Of a DNA stretch of 20,746 nt, positions 1 to 11,410 are shown in pieces. Each line of letters opens with the position of its first letter. Position 1 is the stretch's first letter. The notes beneath the pieces were generated by a model. The model worked only from the letters and a program-made list of their open reading frames with translations. It searched no databases and had not been told where the DNA came from. Where the stretch lies: NCBI GenBank assembly GCA_024626585.2, contig JANKJI020000004.1, positions 123,715,993 through 123,736,738 on the forward strand, read 5' to 3'. The translations under genes and the position numbers were made by a program. The stretch is from Ginkgo biloba (lineage: Eukaryota; Plantae; Ginkgophyta).

Positions 1-2600
1 CTACCCTTTGGTTAAACTAGGTTAACTATTAAACTAAATATGAATTATTCCAACATTAGTTTCTTAATTAGTATTATAAACCAATTCAATTTAATAGCCT
101 TGGTTTTATTAAGTGGTATAAGTGACTTGGCCAAAAATATCCTCCCTAGATGGTTGGCCAATTAGGCTAAGGGTTATAATTCAAGGGAATCCCTACTAAC
201 CCATACCCAACCATATTAGTATCATGATGTGGTGGGTTTATAGTGTGCATTTATTGAACCAAAAGATTAAATATCCTTATATAATCCAAACTATTTTGTT
301 TAAGATAGGTGCCTAAGAGAAATGTGTATTGATTGTGTGCTCTTCATTAAGAGTTATTTTACTCATTACATGGAAATATTTTTCATGAAGGGAAATTTAT
401 ATAAACCATATATTAGCACACCCAACATCCATATGTGGATATTTTTCCCTATAAACCTTCTAATTTTTTATGTGTTAGGATATTGATGTCTTTTAATCTT
501 GCTTCATCATGGTGAGAAGCTTGAATTGCTTCAATCTAAAGGACATAAATCTCAAACCTCTTGGGAAGAAATAGATTAATGGGGTAATTAGTTAAACCAC
601 ATTATGGATTCCTTGGTTAAAGAACATTATAAGAGTCTCAATCTCATAGAGTCATCATAGGAGGAGGAATCACACCATATCCTAAACTTAGTTAAGTGAT
701 GTTGAGGATTCTCATCATCCCTTCTTAAAAACTTGGGCATGAATGAGGGTATATATTTGAGAAGAGGGAGCTAAAAATGATCATGTATAGTCATATAATT
801 AGTTATAGAGATAATTGAGATGATTCAAATCCCTCTAAGTATGATAAACAAGTGTTATGTTGTACCTTAATCACTTTAGAATAATTTATAGTCTGATTAC
901 TTGAAGAAGCTTAGGATTGTTGCAAAGGTAATGATGGAATTCAATTCTATTAAACTATTGGTAAGGTATTTATTGAATTTATTAGTTTGGAATTAATTAA
1001 TACTATGTATTATATGCTATTTGTTGAAAGGGAGTTTGCACAAAACCTTATTACACATAGTTTTGTATAAAAGGTTATTCATATTAGTCATATGAATTAT
1101 TGTAAGGATTATATGGATTCTAAATAATATTATCTTATGAAATGAACTACTATTGAGAAAAAATATGTAGCACAAATGAACTAGTATTTGAAACAATATA
1201 GTATAGGGAGGTACCAATGTCTACCAAGGTACTCATCCACTATGTAAATTTTATTAAGATAATAAATATGAAGGAGTTCTAGGTTACTACATTACTTGGG
1301 TAGGAATTTATTTCCATCTATAATGAAGAGGGAAAATATATTTTTTACTTTCTTATAGAGGGATCGATTATCCTCCATGATGATGAGGTAGAATTTATTG
1401 TTGATTTTCTCATGGAGGAAAAGGAACCTATTATCCTATAATATTTATATTTGATTGTTGACCTTATTTATGAGGATGAGGGACTTGTTGAAATCCTAGT
1501 AAAGGAGGTAGAATAGTTTCTTGTCCTCCTTGATAATATAGAGGAGTTTATTATTGTTTTTGTCCTCCTTAATGAGGGGGAATATTTTGTTAACCTCCAT
1601 ATGAAGGAGCTATAGTTTATTGTTATATTCATTATTAGAGAGGAACATGTTGTTGGGATTATTCTTAATTATGAAGAATAGTACCACCTAAATAAAGTGT
1701 AGGACACACTAATGGATATTTTGAAACATCTCTAAAAGTGGTAATGTTAGGTTGGTTTGCAAATGGAGGATTTCCCTCTAAAATATTAACATTAGGATTT
1801 TGAAGAAGAAAAAAACTCCCTTATAAATAGACAACTTGATATGGTCCTATGAGTGAAAAATTTAGTTATATCATAGTAGGATTTATAGTTATAAAAGGAG
1901 TGACACAAAAAGAGGAATTAAATTGTGGTGAAGAGCTTCCTCCAAAAGGAGAAATGTTCCATTGCATTTGTTATGGGAAGGGAACATTAATAATTGGAGT
2001 GGCCATCTATGGAGATGGGATATTATGAACCGTTTATTAATTTATAAAAGGATTTACATATTATGCTATAGCTAATTATGACATATGATCACGTAATTAT
2101 TATGCGTTGAAGGGATCATTGGTAGATTGATCAACATTGGATGGACCCATAGGACTAGGATATTATATAGAGGTATTCCCTTATGAAGGATTTATTTAGG
2201 TATACACATAATAATCTATGAACTAATGAGGTGATTCATATAGTGGAACTTCCATAGCCTTGATCGGTGGTAATGAAGATTGATTAAGAAAGGGATTATA
2301 ACCTACGGATGAGACAACCTTTAACTTTCTAACTTTTGATGAAAATTCTTATCTAGAGGGGATATTTTATACTCTTATATAAAAGGGGATAATATTACAA
2401 GATGTGCACTATTTTATAAAGGAGTGTACAACCCAAATGTAGTATTAGTAATATGAATTAGAGAAGGGGTACTCATAATAAAGGAAGGAGTTGAAATCCC
2501 TTCAAACAAGGTTGATTATATAAAAGGATTAGGGTTTATAAGATTGCACTAATATAAAATTTCAATTTGAGGTGTATAAGAACCATATTTAGAAGGAGGT
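1..2600 (-). mobile_element. Highly degenerate Ty3/Gypsy internal region (gag-PR-RT remnant)
   Basis: Minus-strand motif remnants in Gypsy order: possible CCHC knuckle relic (ICKPT*HYHF*RC, ~1725-1765), protease motif LVDIGTS (1207-1227), frameshifted YxDD-ILIF-like relic (~260-300), and FGQVTY resembling FLGLVxYY (~115-137). Many stops and indels. Confidence 0.65.
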
Positions 2601-2649
2601 ATTTAATCAATTTATGTAATGTACACCATGGTATTAAGGATGATAACTC

Positions 2650-3159
2650 TCTAATGTGCCTTGAAACCCTAGTAGGATGACAAAAAACTTGATAATGGAC
2701 TTGTTGACTAATAGGTTTATGATATTGAGGTGGAGATAATATTAAGGGCTATGAAAAATATCCCATGAGTATGTGTACTAAATAATTAATGACATGCCAT
2801 GTTCAAATCATAGATGAGAATCAATAGATAGATTCAAGCAAGATAAAAACCATAAATAATTGACTTAAAAGATTCACTACCAAAAACTCTCTAAAATTCA
2901 TGTTAGAATGAGTTGAATACATATTTTTATAGGAAAATTATTATCTCAAAATAGTAATCCTAATCCTAAATTATAAATTTTTATCTATGTCACTTTATAG
3001 GATTATCTAACAGTTTAAAAATAACTAATCACTTATTTAGGAAATAAGTTAAGAGTATCCTAAATGAATGATGATTAGAGGGTGTACACCCTAAGAGTAA
3101 TCATAAATAAGATAATTAGATAATTGTCCCTAATCTAATAATTTAATTACTCAAATAAT
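2650..3159 (-). repeat. Probable 5' LTR remnant of the upstream Gypsy element
   Basis: Lies 5' of gag on the minus strand, has a TATA-like CCTATAAAAA at ~2924-2933 (-), and the AT-rich flank runs into an N block. Termini not resolved. Confidence 0.4.
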
Positions 3160-3776
3160 NNNNNNNNNNNNNNNNNNNNNNNNNNNNNNNNNNNNNNNNN
3201 NNNNNNNNNNNNNNNNNNNNNNNNNNNNNNNNNNNNNNNNNNNNNNNNNNNNNNNNNNNNNNNNNNNNNNNNNNNNNNNNNNNNNNNNNNNNNNNNNNNN
3301 NNNNNNNNNNNNNNNNNNNNNNNNNNNNNNNNNNNNNNNNNNNNNNNNNNNNNNNNNNNNNNNNNNNNNNNNNNNNNNNNNNNNNNNNNNNNNNNNNNNN
3401 NNNNNNNNNNNNNNNNNNNNNNNNNNNNNNNNNNNNNNNNNNNNNNNNNNNNNNNNNNNNNNNNNNNNNNNNNNNNNNNNNNNNNNNNNNNNNNNNNNNN
3501 NNNNNNNNNNNNNNNNNNNNNNNNNNNNNNNNNNNNNNNNNNNNNNNNNNNNNNNNNNNNNNNNNNNNNNNNNNNNNNNNNNNNNNNNNNNNNNNNNNNN
3601 NNNNNNNNNNNNNNNNNNNNNNNNNNNNNNNNNNNNNNNNNNNNNNNNNNNNNNNNNNNNNNNNNNNNNNNNNNNNNNNNNNNNNNNNNNNNNNNNNNNN
3701 NNNNNNNNNNNNNNNNNNNNNNNNNNNNNNNNNNNNNNNNNNNNNNNNNNNNNNNNNNNNNNNNNNNNNNNNNNNG

Positions 3777-4650
3777 GTGAGATGTTTTTCTTACCAAGTA
3801 ATGGAAAATCAAAGGACAAATGTACCTAGTATCCTCTCCCTCAAACAAGTTCCCATGCAAAAATAATCATACTATAATGGATGGTACAAGGCCTCAATGA
3901 TGATGAGGATGTCCAAGCACAAATAAATTATGAATAAGACCTCAACAATGGTGAGATAAATCAAGCCATAAAGGAAAATAATTATTAATGGATGAGTATA
4001 TTTCCATGGACTCCCAAATGAAAGAAGTAGACATGATGAATGGGTATGCTATAATGCATATGTGATATGCCAAAAATGATGTATGTATATATCTATGATG
4101 AAATGGACTCATGACCCTAACCGTGGTTTAAGTATGTCTTATGCTATGAGGGTATGTCTCATAACCCAAGATAGTCTTTGATGAAGCCATGAGTATATAT
4201 GAATGATCTCTCCATTAAACCATACCCAAATGATAGTATCACATAACTCTCATTTGAATTGGTGGCATAAGGGAATTTATCATATGTAACCATAAAAATG
4301 TGTATGCATCAATGAAATGTCATAATATAAGGTTGATCCATGTACTAGTGTAAATATCTCTTTGAATTACAATAATCATTTATATGACATGGAGGTATGG
4401 AGATAATATGATGAAAGCTACTAGAACAACCATATGGAACTATATTTTTTTATTAAACCTGACTTAAGACTCAAGAGAACACCTTAAGATTATTAGGTTC
4501 CCATGTTATAACATGATAGGAGTATATACATTATCCTTTGACCAAGATCCATGGTCCTAACATATGATGCAAGTGGTCTATGTAATGTAATAAGTCAAAG
4601 GGTTATATGGGGGTTCTCAAGGTATGTCACAAAGACATGAAAATATGTTA
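3777..4650 (-). mobile_element. Second degenerate Ty3/Gypsy RT-RNase H remnant
   Basis: Minus strand: VPYG (cf. MPFG, ~4430), YMDQ (cf. YxDD, 4333-4344), LGS*VHFIIDIYIHHFWHITYAL (cf. FLGxxxFYRxFIxxFAxIAxPL, ~4050-4120), then FIW (~4015). Confidence 0.55.
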
Positions 4651-5849
4651 TGTGGATAATGTGTGAACATAATATGAGATTAATGAATGAATGGATAACA
4701 AATAATTAGGATATAAATATAAGTAATTGTAATATGTACAATGCATCAATGAATTGTGTTATGTACGATATGAAATAAAAGTGTGTAAAGGGGTTATAAA
4801 TGTGCACCAAAATACTCTAAATCTACCAAATTAATGAAATTCATTAGAGGGTTTAATATTGAATGATAACAAAATATTACATATGTTGTAAAACTTAAGC
4901 TTTAAATTGTTACATGGTGAGTGAAATATGGAATATCAACTGCCACTAGTTATTGAGGTTGTTGCAAATAATGTTTGAAGTTAAAAAAAATAATCATTAT
5001 GTACAATAGAAATAAAAGAGAAAATAGATATGGTAGAAATAAAGTTTATAAATTTAATGAAGAAACCAATCTAACAAATTAATCCCAATAAATAATATAG
5101 AATTAGAAATATAAATCCTGGTTAAGAAATAGATCAGTGTCTGGTGTTAGATGGGGATCCTTTCTTCCAGATATAATTAGAGTTCGCTAAGGCACCTTTT
5201 CATCATGAACTTTATAAANNNNNNNNNNNNNNNNNNNNNNNNNNNNNNNNNNNNNNNNNNNNNNNNNNNNNNNNNNNNNNNNNNNNNNNNNNNNNNNNNN
5301 NNNNNNNNNNNNNNNNNNNNNNNNNNNNNNNNNNNNNNNNNNNNNNNNNNNNNNNNNNNNNNNNNNNNNNNNNNGATGTAAGCAGTCTATCTAGATCTTG
5401 GAGGATACCTAATATTTAGCATCAATGATAGACATTCAAACCCACTAACATCGGGATAGTACAATATAAATATTTAATATGATATGTATAGGCATACAAC
5501 CATGGATTCACATAAAATATGACATCAAATTCAATAGCATTGATTGCTATATAAAAAGAGAGTGAGATCATGCACAAAACCATCTTAAGTTTGATGTAGC
5601 AATTGATTCACCCCTTCACAATATGGATCAAGTTCAAACAATCCTATCCTATTTCCAACTATTAAGAGATGAATACCACTCATTGAGAATAAAAAGAATG
5701 ATTCAAAAACTAAGGAGATAAATTGAGAAAAAACTTGAGAAGCTAATTGTAATCTGGCAAGTTATTGGGATGTTGTAGATAGTAATTATAAGTTAGAAGA
5801 CAAATTGTCGAATTCAACCATGGATAGATATATTGAGGTAAGGGACTTT

Positions 5850-6250
5850 GAGAATTAATTCCTAATTATGGAGTTCATACAAGAAATGGATGCAGAGGTG
5901 ATAAAAAGTATTTATTTAGATAGATTCACAATCTTTAAGGTGTCATTTTTGCATGGGATTCAAATGGGATATACTTAGATAGAGGAAGATTATGAGACAA
6001 ATATATTATTGCCATTATGATACTAATTGCACACTATGATTTGTTCATAAATATATTTAAACATTTGGTGCTTAGGGACATGTTTTAAGTATAATATATT
6101 CCATAGAATCATATAAGTACCAACATCCCAGATGAATGTGAGGTTGAGATAGCATAGATAGATGCCATGATAAAATGGAAGATAACGTGGCTCAATAAAC
6201 TGCCATCAAGTTGTTTAAGAAGTAGTCCCCAATCTAGTGGATGAGATAAG
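5850..6250 (+). mobile_element. Possible very old Ty1/Copia RT N-terminal remnant
   Basis: QEMDAEVIKSI (cf. AMxEExxSI) followed by GYT*IEEDYET (5967-5999; cf. GYxQxxGxDYxET). Weak similarity only. Confidence 0.3.
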
Positions 6251-6515
6251 TTATTCAAACATCTCTATGATATAACAATAAGACAAGTTCACTTCAGATA
6301 CCCTAAACCAATTATCCCATTATGAGCCCACTAGCTTAGAAGACATCAATTATAGACTTAAACAAGTGGACTTCTCACCTTAATTAAAAAATAAAACTAT
6401 TTATGATGTTATAAATGCACAAGAAAATAAATATTTAAACAATGGTTTTTTAGTAGGTATATAATATATTCTTTTTTGTAATTTTTTTCAACTAGAAATT
6501 AGGAAGGAGATACAA

Positions 6516-6660
6516 TGTTAGCTAGCCAAAAGTTGTAAATGTACTAGACGATGTAAGTAGAATGGAAATGTGGTAGGAATAGGATCGCAGAGCAATAAAT
6601 TAAAGTGAATACAGAAATAAAACACAATACAAGAGACAGACACCAATATACGTGGTTCAC
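6516..6660 (-). repeat. Copia-type LTR U5 end (rest hidden in N block)
   Basis: Begins TGTTAG on + (ends ...CTAACA on -) and contains GTGAACCACGTAT on the minus strand, a motif commonly found near plant Copia LTR 3' ends. Composition differs from the flank. Confidence 0.45.
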
Positions 6661-6899
6661 NNNNNNNNNNNNNNNNNNNNNNNNNNNNNNNNNNNNNNNN
6701 NNNNNNNNNNNNNNNNNNNNNNNNNNNNNNNNNNNNNNNNNNNNNNNNNNNNNNNNNNNNATAATTTTTTATTATTTTTGCAATCATAGGCCTTCTAGAT
6801 TTTGTTGTAAGCATTCCACTTCTAAATATAGAGTTGGGACAATGTGATTACTCATATGTTGGCAATGATCATTGACTAGTTAATTTTTACATGCAAAAC

Positions 6900-7500
6900 C
6901 AGATTAAGTGATTGTTGATAATTGTGCATAGAGCATCATATTATCAACATATGGTAAAAATTGTTACATAGTGATCTCAAGTATTTGCAACAGTAATGGC
7001 ATGTCACCAAGCCAAAACATCTCAAGTAAAATCTACATCCTTCAATCATAATCCTTCATTGGTTCACTTGGATATTGCTGAAGCTCTTCCAATGCTTGGA
7101 ATATAGTTAATAGATCTCGTAATCTGTAAAAAGGATCAAGAAATAAGTTTTGAATGTCCTCCCATATGGGGTTGTTAATTTTCATATATTTAGCATGTAA
7201 TTGTTACTTCACATGGGGAATTAAAGAATTGAGACTTCAATTCAAGTTCATTCCTAATTCCCTTTATATTGATTGAGGATATTTTTGTAATAGGGCCAAG
7301 TGATCGACAGGTTCACCAATACCATTGTAAACTAAATTGTTGAAATTTTCTTGATTTCAAGCGATTTTCTTGATTTCTCTGTTCGCCATTCGCGGATGCC
7401 CTTTCTCTTCGGCCTTTCTCCGTTTCACTATTTGCATGTAGTGTTCGGTCCAAATCTGTCTTGCCTTCTCCAATGTCGAACGACTATGCAACTTTTGCTC
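6900..7500 (-). pseudogene. Retrotransposon gag (Retrotrans_gag-like) pseudogene fragment
   Basis: YNGIGEPVDHL (7297-7329; cf. YxGxxDPxxHL) and WEDIQNLFLDPF...LEELQQYPSEPMKDYD*RM* (~7030-7165; cf. WxxLxxxFLxxF...LxQxxxESxxDYxxRF). Confidence 0.75.
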
Positions 7501-7700
7501 GATTTTCTTCGACATTCGGTGTTTTTTTNNNNNNNNNNCACAACTTCCCTAGGATTTTTCCTCTCACGATTGCGGCTCTAACTCGACGGTCGTTCGTCTG
7601 CAACGGCTTCTCCATTCGACATTTGTTCGATGTATCGTTCTTCAATGATTTCCTTGTCTCCAACGAGCTCCTTCATCCTTCACGGCAGTAGCTAGGGTTT
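7360..7700. promoter_or_regulatory. CpG-retaining island with a telo-box (TAGGGTTT, 7693-7700)
   Basis: About two dozen CG dinucleotides in ~340 bp by hand count, against about 6 in the first 3.1 kb. The telo-box (AAACCCTA) is a known plant promoter/5'UTR element. Confidence 0.4.
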
Positions 7701-9136
7701 CTGCAACTTTTTCCACTTCTTCAACTTGCCAAAAGTTTCTCTCTTTTTCTTTTATTTTCTTTTTTTGGTTTTTATAATTTTCAGCAAATCTTCTCTGAAC
7801 ATAAAAGGTACATTCCTGCCACAGCAAAGAGTAAGGAAATCACGAACCGTTGATGGCCTCGTGGTTGTTCATGACTGTTATATTTTTTTTACTTCTTCTT
7901 AATTTACACTGACACTTCTACTCCTGCTTGCAAAAGAATAAAACACAGAATTCTTTTGCAACACACTATTTTGTAAAAATAATTACATGCAGTGACACTT
8001 CTGCTCATTAGCCCTGCACGCAGAAAGTAATTGAATGCAATGACACTCTCTCTCAAAAATAACTTTTCTGCACCATTTTTATTACAACAATAACTTTGGG
8101 AACATANNNNNNNNNNNNNNNNNNNNNNNNNNNNNNNNNNNNNNNNNNNNNNNNNNNNNNNNNNNNNNNNNNNNNNNNNNNNNNNNNNNNNNNNNNNNNN
8201 NNNNNNAAGAATACTAAACAAAACCAACAAATGCCAATACAATAGTATAATTCCAATTCCATAATAGGAAAAATGAATAATATTTTGATCTAATAGTAAT
8301 AAGTCCACCATAGTCTATTATTGAACTAATCACAATTAAATATGGGAATAATCAATCATCTTTTTTTTAAGTTGAATTGACATAAATTTTATTACTAGTA
8401 TCATTTTTTGTGGCTTAAAGGGAGACATAATCTATTATTAAATANNNNNNNNNNCTTTTTTTAAGCAATAGAAAAGAGTGGATGGACACTTTTTATTGGC
8501 TCCCTTATTTAATATATAGTACACACACAGACACACACAATCTACCCAAAAGTCAGAGAAAACTCTCCAAACATTTATTTAAAGATTATATCACGATCTA
8601 TGCAATGAACATACTAACTTGAAAGAAAATAGTTCTCATATTCAATGTCGGACTTCAAGAAGTTGAAGCCCTCAACAAAAGATACAAACAATAATGGATC
8701 TGAAAATCAATCACACATCCCCACAGACATGTGACAAAAAAAGTGTACTCTAAATTCAACAGACAATATGCACTCTAAACCATAGTTGCACAAATTTCGC
8801 AAAATGCCAAAATTTTATTTTCAAAAAATTGGCATGCCAACTTACAGAAACATGAAAGAAAACGTGACTTCTCTGTAATGCATGTTTTTTAATACACAAA
8901 TTTCAGATTAAAAGATTTAGCAGCTCAAAATGTTTGTAAAGATTTAACACACAAACCAACCACTACATGTTATAATTTCACTAATGTGGAATTTTCACTT
9001 TAAAAGAATGACTTACATTTTGTTAAGGCATTTAAAGGGGCAAAATGTTGTGTGTTCAAAATTGAGCATGGAACATGTTTTGCCAAAGGGCGAACGCGTT
9101 TCATAGTAACTATGCTCTAAACAGCAAAATTCCTAC

Positions 9137-9198
9137 TTGCTCCAGTCTCCAGTTCCAGTATAGAAGATATGGGTTTGTTGTTGCTGGTGATTTTAAAA
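9137..9198 (-). CDS. Candidate exon (62 nt) of an unidentified host gene
   Basis: ATTTATGTAG| acceptor and CAA|GTAGGA donor. Reads xLKSPATTNPYLLYWNWRLEQ, phase 1 to phase 0. Confidence 0.45.
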
Positions 9199-9479
9199 CT
9201 ACATAAATTTATGGCTGAAAAACCAAGTGATTAAAGAATTTATGTACAATGCCGTGTCAATTCTTAACATGGATAACATTTCCTGGAACCATTGGTTGCT
9301 TAATTTGTTAATTTGCTGTCATTTCATCCACCAGGGATACAGAGTAGCAAGCACAATTGTTCAAGTACCTAAAGTTTCTAGAGATACCACAGCATAGCAT
9401 GGAATGTTCAAATATGTGCATACTAACAATGCGTCTCTGCTCTGGTTTCCATCACAGAGACCCACCAAATGATCAAAAC

Positions 9480-10276
9480 TGTTGTAGCACCCTATCATGC
9501 AGGGATACCCTATGGCGCTTGCTCTCTATGTCTTAATTATTGATTCCCTAGGTTACTTACTTACCAATAGGACTACAGAAGGAACTATAAGAGGAATATA
9601 TCTCCCTCCTCCTAGTGAGATTCATCTCATCAATGGGAATTTTATAGATGATTCCTTTCTTACATGGAGGCCTCTGAGGAGGTTGTTGTCACCATAATGA
9701 ATTATCTAGCTACCTTTTATGAAGCTCTAGGTTCTAACATATATTGGAGAAAAACCCTTAGCTATTAGCAGGTAATGGGAGAAATCCCTAATAGGGATCT
9801 GAGATATGAATGGATGTGGGTGGCTACCAGAAAAATATTTAAATTCTTGGGAATTCCCTTTGGATTTCAAGCCTCCATGATAGATATGTAGAATTATCTG
9901 ATAAAAAGGGTTGAAACAAAATTAAAATACTAGGGTACAAGGCTTATGGGCCTACCTTCCCAAATTTATATTGCCTCCAAAGTACTCAATTACACTCATG
10001 TTTATTATTCCTCATGACGAGCCCCATCAAAAGAAGCCCATAGTAACCTTTAAAGGTTGGTGAGAAACTTTCTCTAATCCCCCTTCAAAGGTAAAAAGGA
10101 ATTCCATAAGGTCAACTAGGAAATATGTTACTTTATCAATCCTTAAGTTGGAATGGTAATTCTGGATATCCATAAGCATATAATTGTTCCTTGTGCCAAA
10201 TGGATTATTAAGGCTATCAAAAGAGTTGAGGCTTAGAAGGTGTTGATAAGGCACAACATCTCCTTAGGTCATGTTA
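9480..10276 (+). mobile_element. 5'-truncated degenerate L1-type LINE ORF2 (RT) fragment
   Basis: QGYPMALALYVLIIDSL (cf. RQGCPLAPxLFxLxxEAL), NFIDDSFL (cf. QFADDT), and FLGIPFG at ~9844-9865 (cf. YLGIP), with stops and frameshifts. Confidence 0.85.
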
Positions 10277-10508
10277 NNNNNNNNNNNNNNNNNNNNNNNN
10301 NNNNNNNNNNNNNNNNNNNNNNNNNNNNNNNNNNNNNNNNNNNNNNNNNNNNNNNNNNNNNNNNNNNNNNNNNNNNACAACAGTACCCAGATAAAAGTTA
10401 AAACTATCATAGCGATATGCAAGTTCATGACTAATTTCAACGTATTTTGCTGATTGACAAGAGTTTAGAACTAAGCCTTTCCAAAACATATATGTCAAAC
10501 TCATTTAC

Positions 10509-10532
10509 GAGCTAAAATAAGGCAGCTAATAC
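10509..10532 (-). CDS. Candidate 24-nt microexon
   Basis: Pyrimidine-rich tract and CTGCAG| acceptor, CTC|GTAAAT donor. Reads xISCLILA, phase 1 to 1. Confidence 0.3.
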
Positions 10533-10693
10533 CTGCAGACTTTTGTGTAGGAAGCAGATACATGAGAAGAGAAACAAAGGCACTCAATTTTACATTCCCA
10601 TACAATAAAAACATTGTGCTACTGATCTTGCCATGTGGTTCAGAAATACTAGCAGGTAAACACAACAGTCCATTCTCCACATGTCGTCCTTAC

Positions 10694-10756
10694 TTCTGCA
10701 CAATAAATAGCCTAGCACTTTACCAAAACCTCTGGCAGTCACTTCTGCCATATGAC
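10694..10756 (-). CDS. Candidate exon (63 nt, or 33 nt if the inner donor at 10723 is used)
   Basis: TTTCATTTCTATGACAG| acceptor; donors GAA|GTAAGG or TTG|GTAAAG. Reads GHMAEVTARGF(GKVLGYLLCR); both lengths are multiples of 3. Confidence 0.5.
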
Positions 10757-11109
10757 CTGTCATAGAAATGAAAACATACTAGATATAAGTGCACACCAAA
10801 AATTAAGTCAAAGGCTAACAAAAGACCAGCAGCAATAAAGTTGTGTTGAACATGAGACTTTTATGTCAAAAGTATGAGCTTCAAAAGAACAGACGAAAAA
10901 AAATCTGGTAACAAAATGGACCCATGGAACCCAGTTACAGTAAGTTTGTGATTAACACTCGTTAAGAGTTCAAGGGACAATCAACATTCAGTCCAGTACA
11001 GAAAATTCTCACACACAGGAAAAGAAAACATGTTAGGAAAGAACTACTGGAAAACACAAAAGGAAAGCCACTGCAGTATAATCCATGACTTCAAACCCAA
11101 GAAATGTAC

Positions 11110-11118
11110 CTGGAAGAC
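11110..11118 (-). CDS. Candidate 9-nt microexon GTCTTCCAG
   Basis: TTTATGTTCCTAG| acceptor and CAG|GTACAT donor. Frame-preserving (G-L-P-G). It could instead be an alternative acceptor pair. Confidence 0.3.
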
Positions 11119-11178
11119 CTAGGAACATAAACATATGAAAGCAAGACGAGCTCCCCATCATGTGGTAAATGAAATTAC

Positions 11179-11244
11179 CTGAAATTACCGGGATGATCAA
11201 GACAGACCATAAAACAGATATTGTCAAAACTTGAGGTAAATGTC
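11179..11244 (-). CDS. Candidate 66-nt exon encoding a hydrophobic, TM-like segment
   Basis: TTTGCAG| acceptor and CAG|GTAATT donor. Reads GHLPQVLTISVLWSVLIIPVISG. Confidence 0.5.
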
Positions 11245-11391
11245 CTGCAAATGGCAACTCCATATTTGGGAGAATTAATATGTATATTGAAAGCATGGTA
11301 ATTCTGAGTGTGTAAGGGCATGCATTGTCACTAAGAACATTCATGCACAAGTTTGTCCATTCAGATTACATGATATGAGGTTTTATCTTAC

Positions 11392-11410
11392 CATGCCCTT
11401 TATACTGAAC
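11392..11410 (-). CDS. Candidate 19-nt microexon
   Basis: TTGCTTAG| acceptor and strong ATG|GTAAGA donor. Reads VQYKGH-G (phase 0 to 1), in frame with the next exon across a 147-nt intron. Confidence 0.4.

Noticed and set aside
8521-8538. Short CA repeat (also GT repeat at ~12081-12095)
   Set aside because: Ordinary short microsatellites.
9309-11244. Alternative phase-2 reading of the exon chain (TFTSSFDNICF...YLNNCAC...), faintly KRTCAP2-like
   Set aside because: It hits stops in the 19-nt and 24-nt segments, and the spacing does not fit that family.
11033-11350. 105-aa hydrophobic ORF as a single-exon gene
   Set aside because: It spans clear splice signals and T-rich intron-like sequence; better explained as exon plus intron read-through.
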